32,000 nucleotides of DNA from Alkalilimnicola ehrlichii MLHE-1 (GTDB lineage Bacteria > Pseudomonadota > Gammaproteobacteria > Nitrococcales > Halorhodospiraceae): positions 1,860,001 to 1,892,000 of the forward strand of contig NC_008340.1 of the NCBI RefSeq assembly GCF_000014785.1, read 5' to 3'. The translations under genes and the position numbers were made by a program. Below are positions 17,374 to 27,192 of the stretch, piece after piece. The notes under the pieces were generated by a model that saw only the letters and a list, made by a program, of their open reading frames with translations, ran no database searches and was not told the origin of the DNA. The stretch's first letter is position 1, and each line of letters opens with the position of its first letter.

Positions 17374-18255
17374 ATGCACAACCACTTCCGCGTTTTCAGA
17401 CCAGGGTACCCGCTCGTCGCGGCCCTGATCCTGCTCACCCTGCTCCTGTCCCAGGTTGGCAGCCACGCCCGTGACCTCCTGCTGGACGAGGCCGAGCTGG
17501 TGCCGGTGGAACTGGCCACCGTGGGGATCGCACAGCCGACGGGGGTACCGGTGGTGCTGCTTCGGGAGCCGGAATCGGGCGACGTCGTCCCGATCTTCAT
17601 CGGGCCCAACGAGGCCCGTGCCATCTTGCAGGCCCTGTCCGGCACCACGACGCCGCGGCCGATGACCCACGACCTGATGGACGACGTGACCACGGCCCTG
17701 GGCGGGACGCTGGAGCGTGTCTTCGTAGACGGCCTACTCGCCGGCACCTACATGGGGGTCATGGAATTCCGCGTGGAGGGTCGCGACGACCCGGTTCGGG
17801 TAGACAGCCGCCCCAGTGACGCCATCGCCCTGGCGGCGCGCACCGGCGCCACCATCCACGTCGCCCCCGAAGTGCTGCAGGCCGGCGACGACCTGCGCTA
17901 CGAGCCGCTGCATGATGATCAGGTGGTCACTGCCGTGGGCGTTACCGTCGTGGAGGCCACGGGGGAGCTGCGCGAGGCGCTGGGGCTGCCCGACGAGCCG
18001 GGCGTATTGGTCAGCGATGCCATCGGCGAGGCCGCCGATGCCGGCATCTCGGCGGGGGCCTTCATTCTGGAGGTGAACGGCGAGGCCCCGGAACGGCCGA
18101 TGGACTTTCTGCACCAGGTACGGGCCACGCCCCATGGCGAGCCGGTGGAGGTGGTCTGGTGGCAGGACGGGAAGCGCCAGTCCGCCTCCCTCTCCACAGA
18201 CGTGCCGGATCCGCGCCGCCGCCCGGAGCAACCGCAGGAGGGCATCACCCTTTGA
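17374..18255 (+). CDS. Bifunctional nuclease (BFN/DUF151) domain protein with N-terminal signal/anchor and C-terminal PDZ domain
   Basis: N-terminal hydrophobic stretch YPLVAALILLTLLLSQVGSHA; BFN motifs VVLLREPESGDVVPIFIGPNEARAI, RPMTHDLMDDV, RVDSRPSDAIALAARTGATIHV; PDZ-like GVLVSDAIGEAADAGISAGAFILEVNGEAPERPMDFLHQV. Confidence 0.85.
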   Translation: MHNHFRVFRPGYPLVAALILLTLLLSQVGSHARDLLLDEAELVPVELATVGIAQPTGVPVVLLREPESGDVVPIFIGPNEARAILQALSGTTTPRPMTHDLMDDVTTALGGTLERVFVDGLLAGTYMGVMEFRVEGRDDPVRVDSRPSDAIALAARTGATIHVAPEVLQAGDDLRYEPLHDDQVVTAVGVTVVEATGELREALGLPDEPGVLVSDAIGEAADAGISAGAFILEVNGEAPERPMDFLHQVRATPHGEPVEVVWWQDGKRQSASLSTDVPDPRRRPEQPQEGITL

Positions 18256-18291
18256 TCCTCCAGCCCGGGCGGCGCGGTGGCCCGGCGCGGC

Positions 18292-18843
18292 TCACCGCTT
18301 GACGGGACGCTTACCCAGTTTCCGCTGCAGGGTACGGCGGTGGATGCCCAGCGCCCGGGCGGCCGCCGAGATATTGCCGTCGTGTTCGGCCAACACCCGC
18401 TGGATCTGCTCCCACTCCAGCCGTTTCAACGACATGGGCTGGGGTGGCGGCTCTGCCGTGGGCACCGGCTCCTCATGCTGGCCGCTGAAGGCGGACACCA
18501 CCGTGTCCACGTCCACCGGCTTGGGCAGGTAGTTGGCCGCCCCCAGCTTGACCGCCTCCACCGCCGTGGGAATGCTCGCATAGCCGGTCAGCACGATGAT
18601 GCGGGCCTCGGGCACGGCCTCCAGCAACGGCTGGATAAGCTTCAACCCCGAGTCATCGCCCAGCTTCAGGTCCAACACCACGTGCTCCGGCTGATAGTCC
18701 CGGGCCACCACTAAGGCCTGCTCCGCGTCATGGGCCTTCTCCACCCGGTAGCCGCGGCGGGTCAGCCCCCGCCCGAGCACCGAGCAGAACACCTCGTCGT
18801 CATCGACCAACAGGACGCGGGTCCCGGACGTTTTCTCGGTCAC
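18292..18843 (-). CDS. regA: RegA/PrrA/ActR-family redox response regulator
   Basis: 183 aa: receiver VLLVDDDEVFCSVLGRGL, VVLDLKLGDDSGL, PKPVD; Pro-rich linker EPPPQP; Fis-type HTH RVLAEHDGNISAAARALGIHRRTLQRKLGKRP. GTG start overlaps the regB stop (GTGA). Confidence 0.93.
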   Translation of the reverse strand: MTEKTSGTRVLLVDDDEVFCSVLGRGLTRRGYRVEKAHDAEQALVVARDYQPEHVVLDLKLGDDSGLKLIQPLLEAVPEARIIVLTGYASIPTAVEAVKLGAANYLPKPVDVDTVVSAFSGQHEEPVPTAEPPPQPMSLKRLEWEQIQRVLAEHDGNISAAARALGIHRRTLQRKLGKRPVKR

Positions 18844-20225
18844 GTGCTCTCTCCCTGCTTGTTTAGCGGGTGATCGGCGGCCTGCGGTTGGCGGCAGCCG
18901 CCCGGTTCATCCGCTAATTTATCACTGACGCGTAAATCATTCAGCGGCAGCGTAATGCGCGAGAGCACCCCGCCGGTGTCCGCCGGCAGGAGCGTCACAC
19001 TGCCCCCGAACCGGCCCACCGTCGCGTTGGACAGCACCAAGCCAATCCCCAGCCCCTCCGGTTTGGTGGTATGGATCACCCGGCCGGCCTGCTCCATGGC
19101 ATCGGCGTCCAACCCCTGGCCCTCGTCGATGACGCTCAGGGTCAGCTCGCCGTCGCGGCAGGCCACGTCGATCTGCACCCGGTCGCTGCCGTTGGCCACC
19201 GAGGCATCGGCGGCGTTGTTCAGCAGATTGATGATGGCGTGCATCAGGGTCTGCTCGGTGAAGATGCAGGGGTTTTCGAACGGCTCCTGGAAATGCAGCC
19301 GATGGCGCACATCAGGCCGCATGATGCTCCAGGTGTTGATGATCCGCCCGATGAACTGCCGCAGGCTGGCCTGGCCGCCACTGCGCGCCTGGCCGTTGCC
19401 GGCCGCCTCCATCAGTTCCGCCAGGGTCTGCTTGCAGACCTGGATCTGGGATTCGAGGATGTCCAGGTCCTCCTGCAGCGCTTCATCGTCCTCACGGCTG
19501 TCGCGCAGCTCCTCCACCACCATGGACATGGACGATAACGGCGTCCCGAGCTGGTGGGCCGCCCCGGCCGCCAGCGTGCCGATGGCCACGATCTGCTCAT
19601 TGCGCAGAGTACCCTCGCGGGCTTCGGCCAGTTTCATATCTTGGCGCCGCAGGGTCGCGGCCATCAGGCTGACGAAAAAGGTGATAAGGACGACACTGAG
19701 GATAAAATTCACCCAAGTGCCGAACAGATGCAGGTTGATATCCCCAGCCACCACCTCGTAGGGGGCCTCCATGGGAAGGAACCAGACCAGCAGGAAGCCA
19801 TAGAGCACCACGCTGGCCGCGCCCACCCACCAGGCATAGCTGCTGGGCAGGGCCACTGCCGCCAGGGCGATGGGCACCAGGTAGAGCGAGACAAAGGGGT
19901 TGCTGGGGCCGCCGGAGAGGAACAGCAGGGCGGTGAGCACCAGGGAGTCCACCATCAGGTGGATGAAGACCTCGCGGTGACTGGCCTCCTTGATCAGCCG
20001 CAGGCGGACATAGACCGCGGCGTTGAACGCCGCCAGCAGCCCCACACAGGTCAGCAGGGCGGCCAGCGGCAGGTCCAGCCCCATCAGGTAATAGACGCCC
20101 AGCACCGTGATAGTCTGGCCTATCACAGCGCACAGCCGCAGCCACATGAGTATCCGCAGCACCTGACGGGGCTTGAACCGAAGGGTATCCTGCATCTGAG
20201 TCAACACGTGATTGTTTCCCTGCAT
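18840..20225 (-). CDS. regB: RegB/PrrB-family redox sensor histidine kinase
   Basis: Six TM segments, quinone-site motif GGPSNPF, H-box AAHQLGTPLSSM, conserved region Cys (ESQIQVCKQTL), N/G boxes. Start set at MQGNNHV (20225); the ORF opens at GTG 20279. Confidence 0.92.
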   Translation of the reverse strand: MQGNNHVLTQMQDTLRFKPRQVLRILMWLRLCAVIGQTITVLGVYYLMGLDLPLAALLTCVGLLAAFNAAVYVRLRLIKEASHREVFIHLMVDSLVLTALLFLSGGPSNPFVSLYLVPIALAAVALPSSYAWWVGAASVVLYGFLLVWFLPMEAPYEVVAGDINLHLFGTWVNFILSVVLITFFVSLMAATLRRQDMKLAEAREGTLRNEQIVAIGTLAAGAAHQLGTPLSSMSMVVEELRDSREDDEALQEDLDILESQIQVCKQTLAELMEAAGNGQARSGGQASLRQFIGRIINTWSIMRPDVRHRLHFQEPFENPCIFTEQTLMHAIINLLNNAADASVANGSDRVQIDVACRDGELTLSVIDEGQGLDADAMEQAGRVIHTTKPEGLGIGLVLSNATVGRFGGSVTLLPADTGGVLSRITLPLNDLRVSDKLADEPGGCRQPQAADHPLNKQGEST

Positions 20226-20356
20226 CCTAACGAGATTCAGCACCCGGCGGCCCACCGCTGCGACAACGCGCCACAGCACCGCAACAAAAACCTAGCGGTA
20301 GCCTAAAAAATGAGAGTAGCCGTCCCATTGAGACCAACCGCGGGATCGACCCAGGT

Positions 20357-22057
20357 GTGAGCAACAAAGTGGATAAACAACGGGCCCGCCATTGGCTGGC
20401 CCAACGGGCACGGCCAGCCCGGAACCTGCTGGTCTTGGCCAGCGGGGCCGGATTGACCCAAGGCCTTCTGATCATACTGCAATCGGCGCTCATCGCCCAT
20501 GTGGTGCACGCCGCCGTGATCGAGGAAGTGCGCCTGGACACCCTCTGGCCGGCCCTGCTCGGGCTGCCGGTGATCTTCCTCGTTCGGGCGGTCTGCGCCT
20601 GGGGCCAGGAGGTGGCCGGCGTCCGGGCCGCCACGCGCATCAAGGACCGGTTGCGCGAAGAGCTGTATGCGCATCTGCTGGCCCTCGGCCCGGTCGGCCT
20701 GGGCGTGCGCCAGAGCGGGACAGTGTCCACCGCCCTGCTTGAGCAGGTGGAGGCACTTGAGGGCTACTACGCCCGCTTTTACCCGCAGATGATCATCGCC
20801 GTGGGCGTCCCCCTCCTCATCCTGCTGGTGGTCTTCCCGCTGGACTGGCTGGCGGCACTGCTGCTGTTGTTCACCGCCCCGCTGATCCCCCTGTTCATGG
20901 CCCTGGTGGGGTTCGGCGCGGAACAACTGCAGCAGCAGCAACTGGTGGCCTTGGGGCGGCTCTCCGGCTGGATGCTGGACCGCATCACCGGCCTGACCAC
21001 CCTCCGGCTGTTCGGCCACACAGGGCATGACCAAGCCCGCCTGCGGGAGGCCTCGGACGACTTCCGCCAACGTACCATGAAAGTCCTGCGGGTGGGGTTC
21101 CTCTCCTCGGCGGTGCTGGAGTTTTTCGCCTCCGTAGCCATCGCCATGTTGGCCATCTATATCGGCCTGGGCCTGCTCGGCTATATCACCTTCGGTCCCT
21201 CCCCGGAGCTGACGCTGTTCAGCGGTTTGTTCATCCTGCTGCTGGCCCCGGAGTTCTTCCAGCCGTTGCGCACCCTAGCCACCCATTACCACGACCGGGC
21301 CGGCGCCATCGGGGCGGCCGAGGAGCTGATCGAGTTGCTGGAGACGCCGCCGATCCGCCCGGTGAACGGCAACCGGCGGCCCACGCTGGACGGCCCCCCG
21401 GCCTTGCGCCTGGAGGGGGTCAGCGTCACGCTCCCCGGCGGCGTCACCGCCCTGCGCGACTGCAGCATGAATGTCGCCCCCGGTGAGCGGGTCGTAGTGG
21501 CCGGGCCGAGCGGTTGCGGCAAGTCCACGCTCATCCACCTACTACTGGGGCTGGTGGAGGGGCAAGGCGATATCCGCCTGAACGGCCACCCGCTGCGGGA
21601 CCTGGACCCGACCTGGCTGCGGGAACACGTGGCCTGGGTGGGCCAGCGCGCCCACCTGTTCCACGGCACCCTCGCCGACAATATCGCCCTGGGCTACCCG
21701 GGCGCCCCCCGCGACCAGATCGAGGCGGCGGCGCGCAAGGCGCGGGTCACCGCCTTCAGCCGATTACTGCCCGCCGGCCTGGACAGCCGCATCGGGGAAC
21801 GGGGCGAGGGCCTCTCCGGCGGCGAGGCGCAGCGCGTGGCGGTGGCCCGCGCCCTGCTCCGCGATACCCCATTGTTGCTGCTGGACGAACCCACGGCACA
21901 CCTGGATCCGGAGAACGAGCAGGCCCTGCTGGCCACCCTCGCCGAGGCGGCCGAGGGCCGGACGGTGATCATGACCACACACCGCCCGGCAGGCATGGCG
22001 TGGGCGGACCGGGTGCTGACCCTGCGGGATGGACAACTGCGGGAGGCGACGCCATGA
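20357..22057 (+). CDS. cydD: Thiol reductant ABC exporter subunit CydD
   Basis: ABC transmembrane + ATPase (AGPSGCGKST, LSGGEAQRVAVARALL, LLLLDEPTAHLD); paired with cydC. Confidence 0.92.
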   Translation: MSNKVDKQRARHWLAQRARPARNLLVLASGAGLTQGLLIILQSALIAHVVHAAVIEEVRLDTLWPALLGLPVIFLVRAVCAWGQEVAGVRAATRIKDRLREELYAHLLALGPVGLGVRQSGTVSTALLEQVEALEGYYARFYPQMIIAVGVPLLILLVVFPLDWLAALLLLFTAPLIPLFMALVGFGAEQLQQQQLVALGRLSGWMLDRITGLTTLRLFGHTGHDQARLREASDDFRQRTMKVLRVGFLSSAVLEFFASVAIAMLAIYIGLGLLGYITFGPSPELTLFSGLFILLLAPEFFQPLRTLATHYHDRAGAIGAAEELIELLETPPIRPVNGNRRPTLDGPPALRLEGVSVTLPGGVTALRDCSMNVAPGERVVVAGPSGCGKSTLIHLLLGLVEGQGDIRLNGHPLRDLDPTWLREHVAWVGQRAHLFHGTLADNIALGYPGAPRDQIEAAARKARVTAFSRLLPAGLDSRIGERGEGLSGGEAQRVAVARALLRDTPLLLLDEPTAHLDPENEQALLATLAEAAEGRTVIMTTHRPAGMAWADRVLTLRDGQLREATP

Positions 22058-23727
22058 GCGCCCAGCAACCACTGACGCACTTCACCCGCCTCTTTTTGCG
22101 CCGTTGGCCCTGGCTGCTTGCGGGCACCCTGCTGACCCTCGCCACCCTGCTGGCCAACCTCGGGCTGCTGGCCCTCTCCGGCTGGTTCATCACCGCCACC
22201 GCGCTGGCCGGACTGGGCCTGATCGTGGGGCTGGACATCTACGTGCCCGGCGGCGGCATCCGCTTTTTCGCCGTCTCGCGGACCGTCTCCCGTTACGGCG
22301 AACGACTGGTCACCCATGAGGCCACCTTCCGACTACTGGCGGACATCCGCTGCTGGCTGTTCGCCCGGTTGGCCCGACAGGATCCGCTCACCCTCGGCCG
22401 CCTGCGCGGGGGCGACCTGCTCAACCGGCTGACCGCGGATATCGAGGCCCTGGACAACCTCTACATCCGCGTGCTGGGTCCCACTGCCGCGGCTGGCCTG
22501 GCGGGGCTGGCCACCCTCGGACTGCTGGGCTGGGTGGATGGCCGGCTGGCGCTGGTGGCACTGGCGCTGCTGCTGGCCGGCGCCCTGCTCACCTGGACGG
22601 CCACCCGGCGCGGGCGTCGCAGCGGCGAGCGCATGAGCCACCTGCAACCGCGTTTCCGCGCGGTGATCATCGAGGGGGTCAGGGGGCTGGCGGAACTGCG
22701 GGTCTATGGCGGCGGTGAGCGCCAGCGCCGCCTGATCGGACGCCACGGCCGGGCCTGGTCGCAACTGCAGCGCCGCATGGCCCACCTGACCGGGCTGGGC
22801 AATGCGTTGAACGGTCTGTTTGGCCAACTCGCCCTGCTGGCCGCGCTGGTCCTCGGGCTCTGGCTGCATCAGCAGGGGCTGATCACCGGCCCGCAATGGG
22901 TGCTCGCCCTGTTCGCCTTCATGGCCCTGACCGAGGCGCTGGCGCCGCTACCGCTGGCCTTCCAGTTCCTGGGACGCACCCGCTCGGCGGCGGAACGGCT
23001 GCTGGCACAGGCGGAACACCCCGCCCGCGTGGTAAGCCCGGCGACACCGGCAGCCATGCCCGGGCGCTTCGACCTAACGCTGAAGGCCGTCCGCTACGGC
23101 TACCATGCGGGGCGCCCGGTGCTGGCGGACTTCAGCCTGCGCATCCCCCAAGGCAGCCACCTGGCCATCACCGGCCCCAGCGGACTGGGCAAGACGACCC
23201 TGCTCAAACTCCTCGCCCGCCTGGACGACCCCTGGTCGGGGCAGATCCTGGTCGGCGACACGCCTCTGCACACCCTGCCCCTGGAGGCTTGGCACGGGCG
23301 GGTTGGCATGCTGGAGCAGCACGCGCCGGTGTTCAGCGACACGGTGGCGGGCAACCTGCGGGTGGCCGCGCCGCAGGCCGACGAGGCGCGGCTGTGGCAG
23401 GCGCTCGCGGTCGCCGGGCTGGATACGCGGGTGCGGGCCATGCCCGAGGGCTTGGAGACCTGGTTGGGCGAATCGGGCGCCACCCTGTCGGGGGGCGAGG
23501 CCCGACGCCTCGCCCTGGCCCGGGTGGTGCTTCACGATCCGGATATCGTGCTCCTGGACGAGCCGGCGGCCGGCCTGGATGGCGCCAGTGCCCGGGCGTT
23601 GGCCGGACGCCTGCACGAGTGGCTCCAGGGCCGCACCGCTGTCATCGTCAGCCACGACCCCGGGTGGCTGCCCCCGGTGGACAGGGTGCTCGACTGGAGC
23701 CGCCCCGACGGGGTTACTAACCTTTAA
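22054..23727 (+). CDS. cydC: Thiol reductant ABC exporter subunit CydC
   Basis: LSGWFITATALAG, GIRFFAVSRTVSRYGERLVTHEATFRLL (CydC-typical), Walker A TGPSGLGKTT, LSGGEARRLALARV. ATG overlaps the cydD stop (ATGA). Confidence 0.93.
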   Translation: MSAQQPLTHFTRLFLRRWPWLLAGTLLTLATLLANLGLLALSGWFITATALAGLGLIVGLDIYVPGGGIRFFAVSRTVSRYGERLVTHEATFRLLADIRCWLFARLARQDPLTLGRLRGGDLLNRLTADIEALDNLYIRVLGPTAAAGLAGLATLGLLGWVDGRLALVALALLLAGALLTWTATRRGRRSGERMSHLQPRFRAVIIEGVRGLAELRVYGGGERQRRLIGRHGRAWSQLQRRMAHLTGLGNALNGLFGQLALLAALVLGLWLHQQGLITGPQWVLALFAFMALTEALAPLPLAFQFLGRTRSAAERLLAQAEHPARVVSPATPAAMPGRFDLTLKAVRYGYHAGRPVLADFSLRIPQGSHLAITGPSGLGKTTLLKLLARLDDPWSGQILVGDTPLHTLPLEAWHGRVGMLEQHAPVFSDTVAGNLRVAAPQADEARLWQALAVAGLDTRVRAMPEGLETWLGESGATLSGGEARRLALARVVLHDPDIVLLDEPAAGLDGASARALAGRLHEWLQGRTAVIVSHDPGWLPPVDRVLDWSRPDGVTNL

Positions 23728-26700
23728 GGGCGCTCCGGGCCCTGGAGCAGACGGGTGACGGCCTCGGCCGCCATGGGTCGGGCGAAGTGGTACCCCTGCA
23801 GCAGATCACAGCCCTCGCGCTGCAGGAGGGCCACCTGGGCCTCTGTCTCCACCCCTTCGGCCACCACCCGCAGACCCAGGCCCTGGGCCATACCGATGAT
23901 CGAGCACAACAGCTGCTCGCCGCGGGGGCCCGCCGCCGCGCCCTGGACAAAGCTGCGGTCGATCTTGAGCACGGAAAACGGCATCTGGCGCAGGTAGCTC
24001 AGGGCTGAGTAGCCGGTGCCGAAGTCGTCCAACGACAGCCCCACCCCCAAATCGCGCAGCGCCTGCAGGCTCTGCAGCACGCGCCGCTGGCCCCCAAGCA
24101 GCATGCGCTCGGTAATCTCCAGTTCCAAGCACTCGGCGGGCAGACCCGTACGCCTGAGGCTGGTGCGCACGGTGGCCACGAAATCGCTCCCCGTGATCTG
24201 GATGGGCGAGACATTCACCGCCATCCGATAGCAATGCCCGGTCTGGGCCCGCCAGCGGGCGGCCTGCTGACAGGCCTTGCGCAGAACCCATTCGCCCATG
24301 GGGATGATCAGCCCGGTCTCCTCGGCCATGGGAATGAACTCACCCGGAGAGACCGGCCCGTGCTCCTCCAGCGTCCAGCGCAGGAGGGTTTCGAACCCCG
24401 TCGGCCGCAGGGTCCGGGCATCGACCAGCGGTTGAAACACCAGGTGCAGCGTCTCCTGTTCCAGCGCACGGCGCAGCCGCCCCTCCAGCGCCAGCCAGCG
24501 GTGGGCCCGCTCATTCGCCTCGGGTTTGAAGAAGCGGAAGTCACCCCGCGCCACCTGCTTGGCTTGGGACAGGGCGGCGTAAGCGTTACGCAACAGCGTA
24601 CTGCTATCGGTCCCGTCTTCCGGGAACAGGGTCACCCCCACCCTGGCGTCCATGAATATCTCCTGGTCGGCCAGCACCAGTGGGGCCTTCAGGGTGGCCA
24701 GGAGCGCCTTGGCCACTTGTTCGGCCTGTCGGGCGGTGCGCAGCTCCGGCAGGATGACCAGGAACTCATCACCACCGGGCCGGCACAGGGTGTCGTGTGG
24801 GCCGAGCGCGCCCTGCAGGCGCTCGGCGATTCGGCACAGCAACTCATCGCCGGAGGCATGGCCCAGGCTCTCATTGATCTTTCGAAACTGGCTCAGGTCC
24901 AGGACCAACAACGCCCCTGAGCCCCGACCACGCCGATGCGCCAGCCGGCGAACCGCGGTCTCCAGGCGGTCCATGGCCAGCGCCCGGTTGGGCAGGCCGG
25001 TCACGGTGTCGTGGGTGGCGTGATACTCCAGCCGGCGCTCGGCGTCTTTGCGCTCTGTGACATCCTGTTTGATGGCGATGTAGTGGGTGATCCCGCCCTG
25101 ATCGTCACGCAGAGGGAACACGACCCCGGCCTCCCAGAACAGCTCACCGGTCTTGCGTCGGTTGTGGAACTCACCCCACCAAGGCTCGCCCCGGTTCAGG
25201 GCCGCCCACATCTCCCGGTACCAGGACGAGGGCATCAGACCCGACTGGATGATGCGCGGTGTCTGCCCCACCGCCTCTTCCGCGGTGTAGCCAGTAATCC
25301 GCTCGAAGGCCGGGTTGACGTACTCGATCACGCCCTGCGGGTCCGTGATCATCACTGCACCGGGCCCCTGCTCCACCACCGCAGAGAGCTTGCGCAAGGC
25401 CTCGCGCTCTCTCCGGCGCTCGGTCTCGTCAACAAAGGTGACCACGTAGGTCGGGTTTGGCCGCGACCCCGCATGGCCCTCCGGCCAGTCCCCGATCGGT
25501 GCCCCGAAGATCTGAACCGGCACGTGACTGCCGTCGCGGCGACGAAACCACTCGGAGTCCAACTGGAGCCGCTCCCCTCGCACCGCGGCCCGATAAACGG
25601 GGCACTCAGCGGCCGGCATGTACTGGCCCTCAGGCCCATGGGCGTGGAAGAGGTCGTGGGCATGGGCCCCGATCAGTTCGCTGGCACGGTAGCCCAGCAA
25701 GGTCTCCGCCGCCCGGTTGACGTGCGTGATCCGACCCTCGCCGTCGAAGACGTACATCCCCTCGTTCATGGTGTCGGAGATCGCCCGCAGTCGGGCCTCG
25801 TCCTGCAGTCGGCCACGCTGCACCGCCAGGAACCGCAACAACACCCCGCCGGCCCCGAGCACCAACAGGAGCGCGAAGGCCGCGCCGGCATAGAACTGGT
25901 GTTTGAGACTGCCCAGGGCCCCGGTCCGGCCGTAGCCCACCACATAGCCGACGACCTCGCCGCGGGCGTCGAGCATCGGCACGAACGCCACCAGGTACCC
26001 CTGACCCCGGTATTCCAGGGCACGGCCGAAGGCCTCCCCGCGGGCCAGCGCCCCCTCCAGGCCCGGTTGCCGCGACAGCTGCGCCTCCACCGCCGCCAGC
26101 CCCTCGCCATCTTCGTCGGCATACCAGTCCGCCAGGTCGTGCCCATGATCGAGGACATAGGCGTCGGACAAGGGACTGGCGTGAAACCGGGCCGCCACCT
26201 CCTCTCGGGCCACCTCGGTGACCCGGTCCGCTCGGAGCAGCATGCGGAAGGCCATGCCCGGGGCGAGCTCATCCAGCCGCCGGTGCAACGCGGCCATGGA
26301 CATCCCCGTCTCCACCACACCGAGCAGCTCGCCCCCATGATACAGGGGCGTGATATACCGGTGCGCCTGCGTGAAGCGGCCCGGCCCGGTGACCTGCAGG
26401 GGCTCCCCCGTCGCCAGCACGTGGGCAATGTCACCGCGGTCCGGTAACAGGTTATCGCCATGGCTTTCCGGGGCATGGAAACGCAGCAGGCTCTCGCCAT
26501 CGGCCAGCACGAACTGCATCTGATCCAGGCCCCGCGCCTGCAGCATCTGATAGACCGGGCCCAGCTCCCGGTATAGCCAGTCCCGCAACTCCGCCCGGAC
26601 GGCCGGATCACCCTGCCCGGCCGCCGCCACGGCGCCAGTGACCGGGGGCCGCAGGATCATCCCCTGGTGCAACAGCTCACTGGCCAGGGCCATGCCGCCG

Positions 26701-26882
26701 CTGGCGGCCTGCACCGCGGTGTCCACCGCGGCAACGTGCTCCCGGATCAGCAGCGACCGCCGGGTGTCCCAATCCGCCCAGACGTACCAGACCGCCGCCG
26801 CTGCGATCAGGGCAATGCTCAGCAGCGAGAGATAAAAGGGCTGCCAGCCGAGGATTCGCTTTGTTGCCGACGCTTTCAACAT
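23724..26882 (-). CDS. dCache-like sensor, PAS/PAC x2, GGDEF-EAL signalling protein
   Basis: 1052 aa: N-terminal TM and extracytoplasmic [22 protein letters not shown]...GVVETGMS; PAS ([51 protein letters not shown]); [11 protein letters not shown]; [38 protein letters not shown]. Confidence 0.92.
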
Positions 26883-27192
26883 CTGTTGGCAGGGCCGTAT
26901 GGCCGCCCCTTCCCCCGCAGAGTGGTGCCACCGTGGCTGGCATCGAGCCTACCACAGAATGTCCCTCAAGGACTCAAGGTTATTCATTTTATGGAAACAG
27001 GTTCCATTTTTGTTGCATGATGCCCGCAGAGCGGTTACAACTGTCGTCCCGGCGGCGTTACCCCAGTCCGCCTTGGGCACGCTACACTCATTGTTTGGCT
27101 GGGGCGCTGCCCCGACTCACACCGCACCGGTCCGGCCGGTGTCCCCGGGCAGCCCCGGAAACGCGCTAGGCCCGAATACAGCGAGGAGACTC

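Noticed and set aside
20357-23727. Possible multidrug/bacteriocin ABC exporter pair
   Set aside because: CydC-specific motifs (SGWFITATALAG, SRTVSRYGERLVTHEATF) and the cydD-cydC overlap indicate the thiol reductant exporter.
24936-26447. 503-aa plus-strand ORF
   Set aside because: Shadow of the GGDEF/EAL/PAS gene on the opposite strand.
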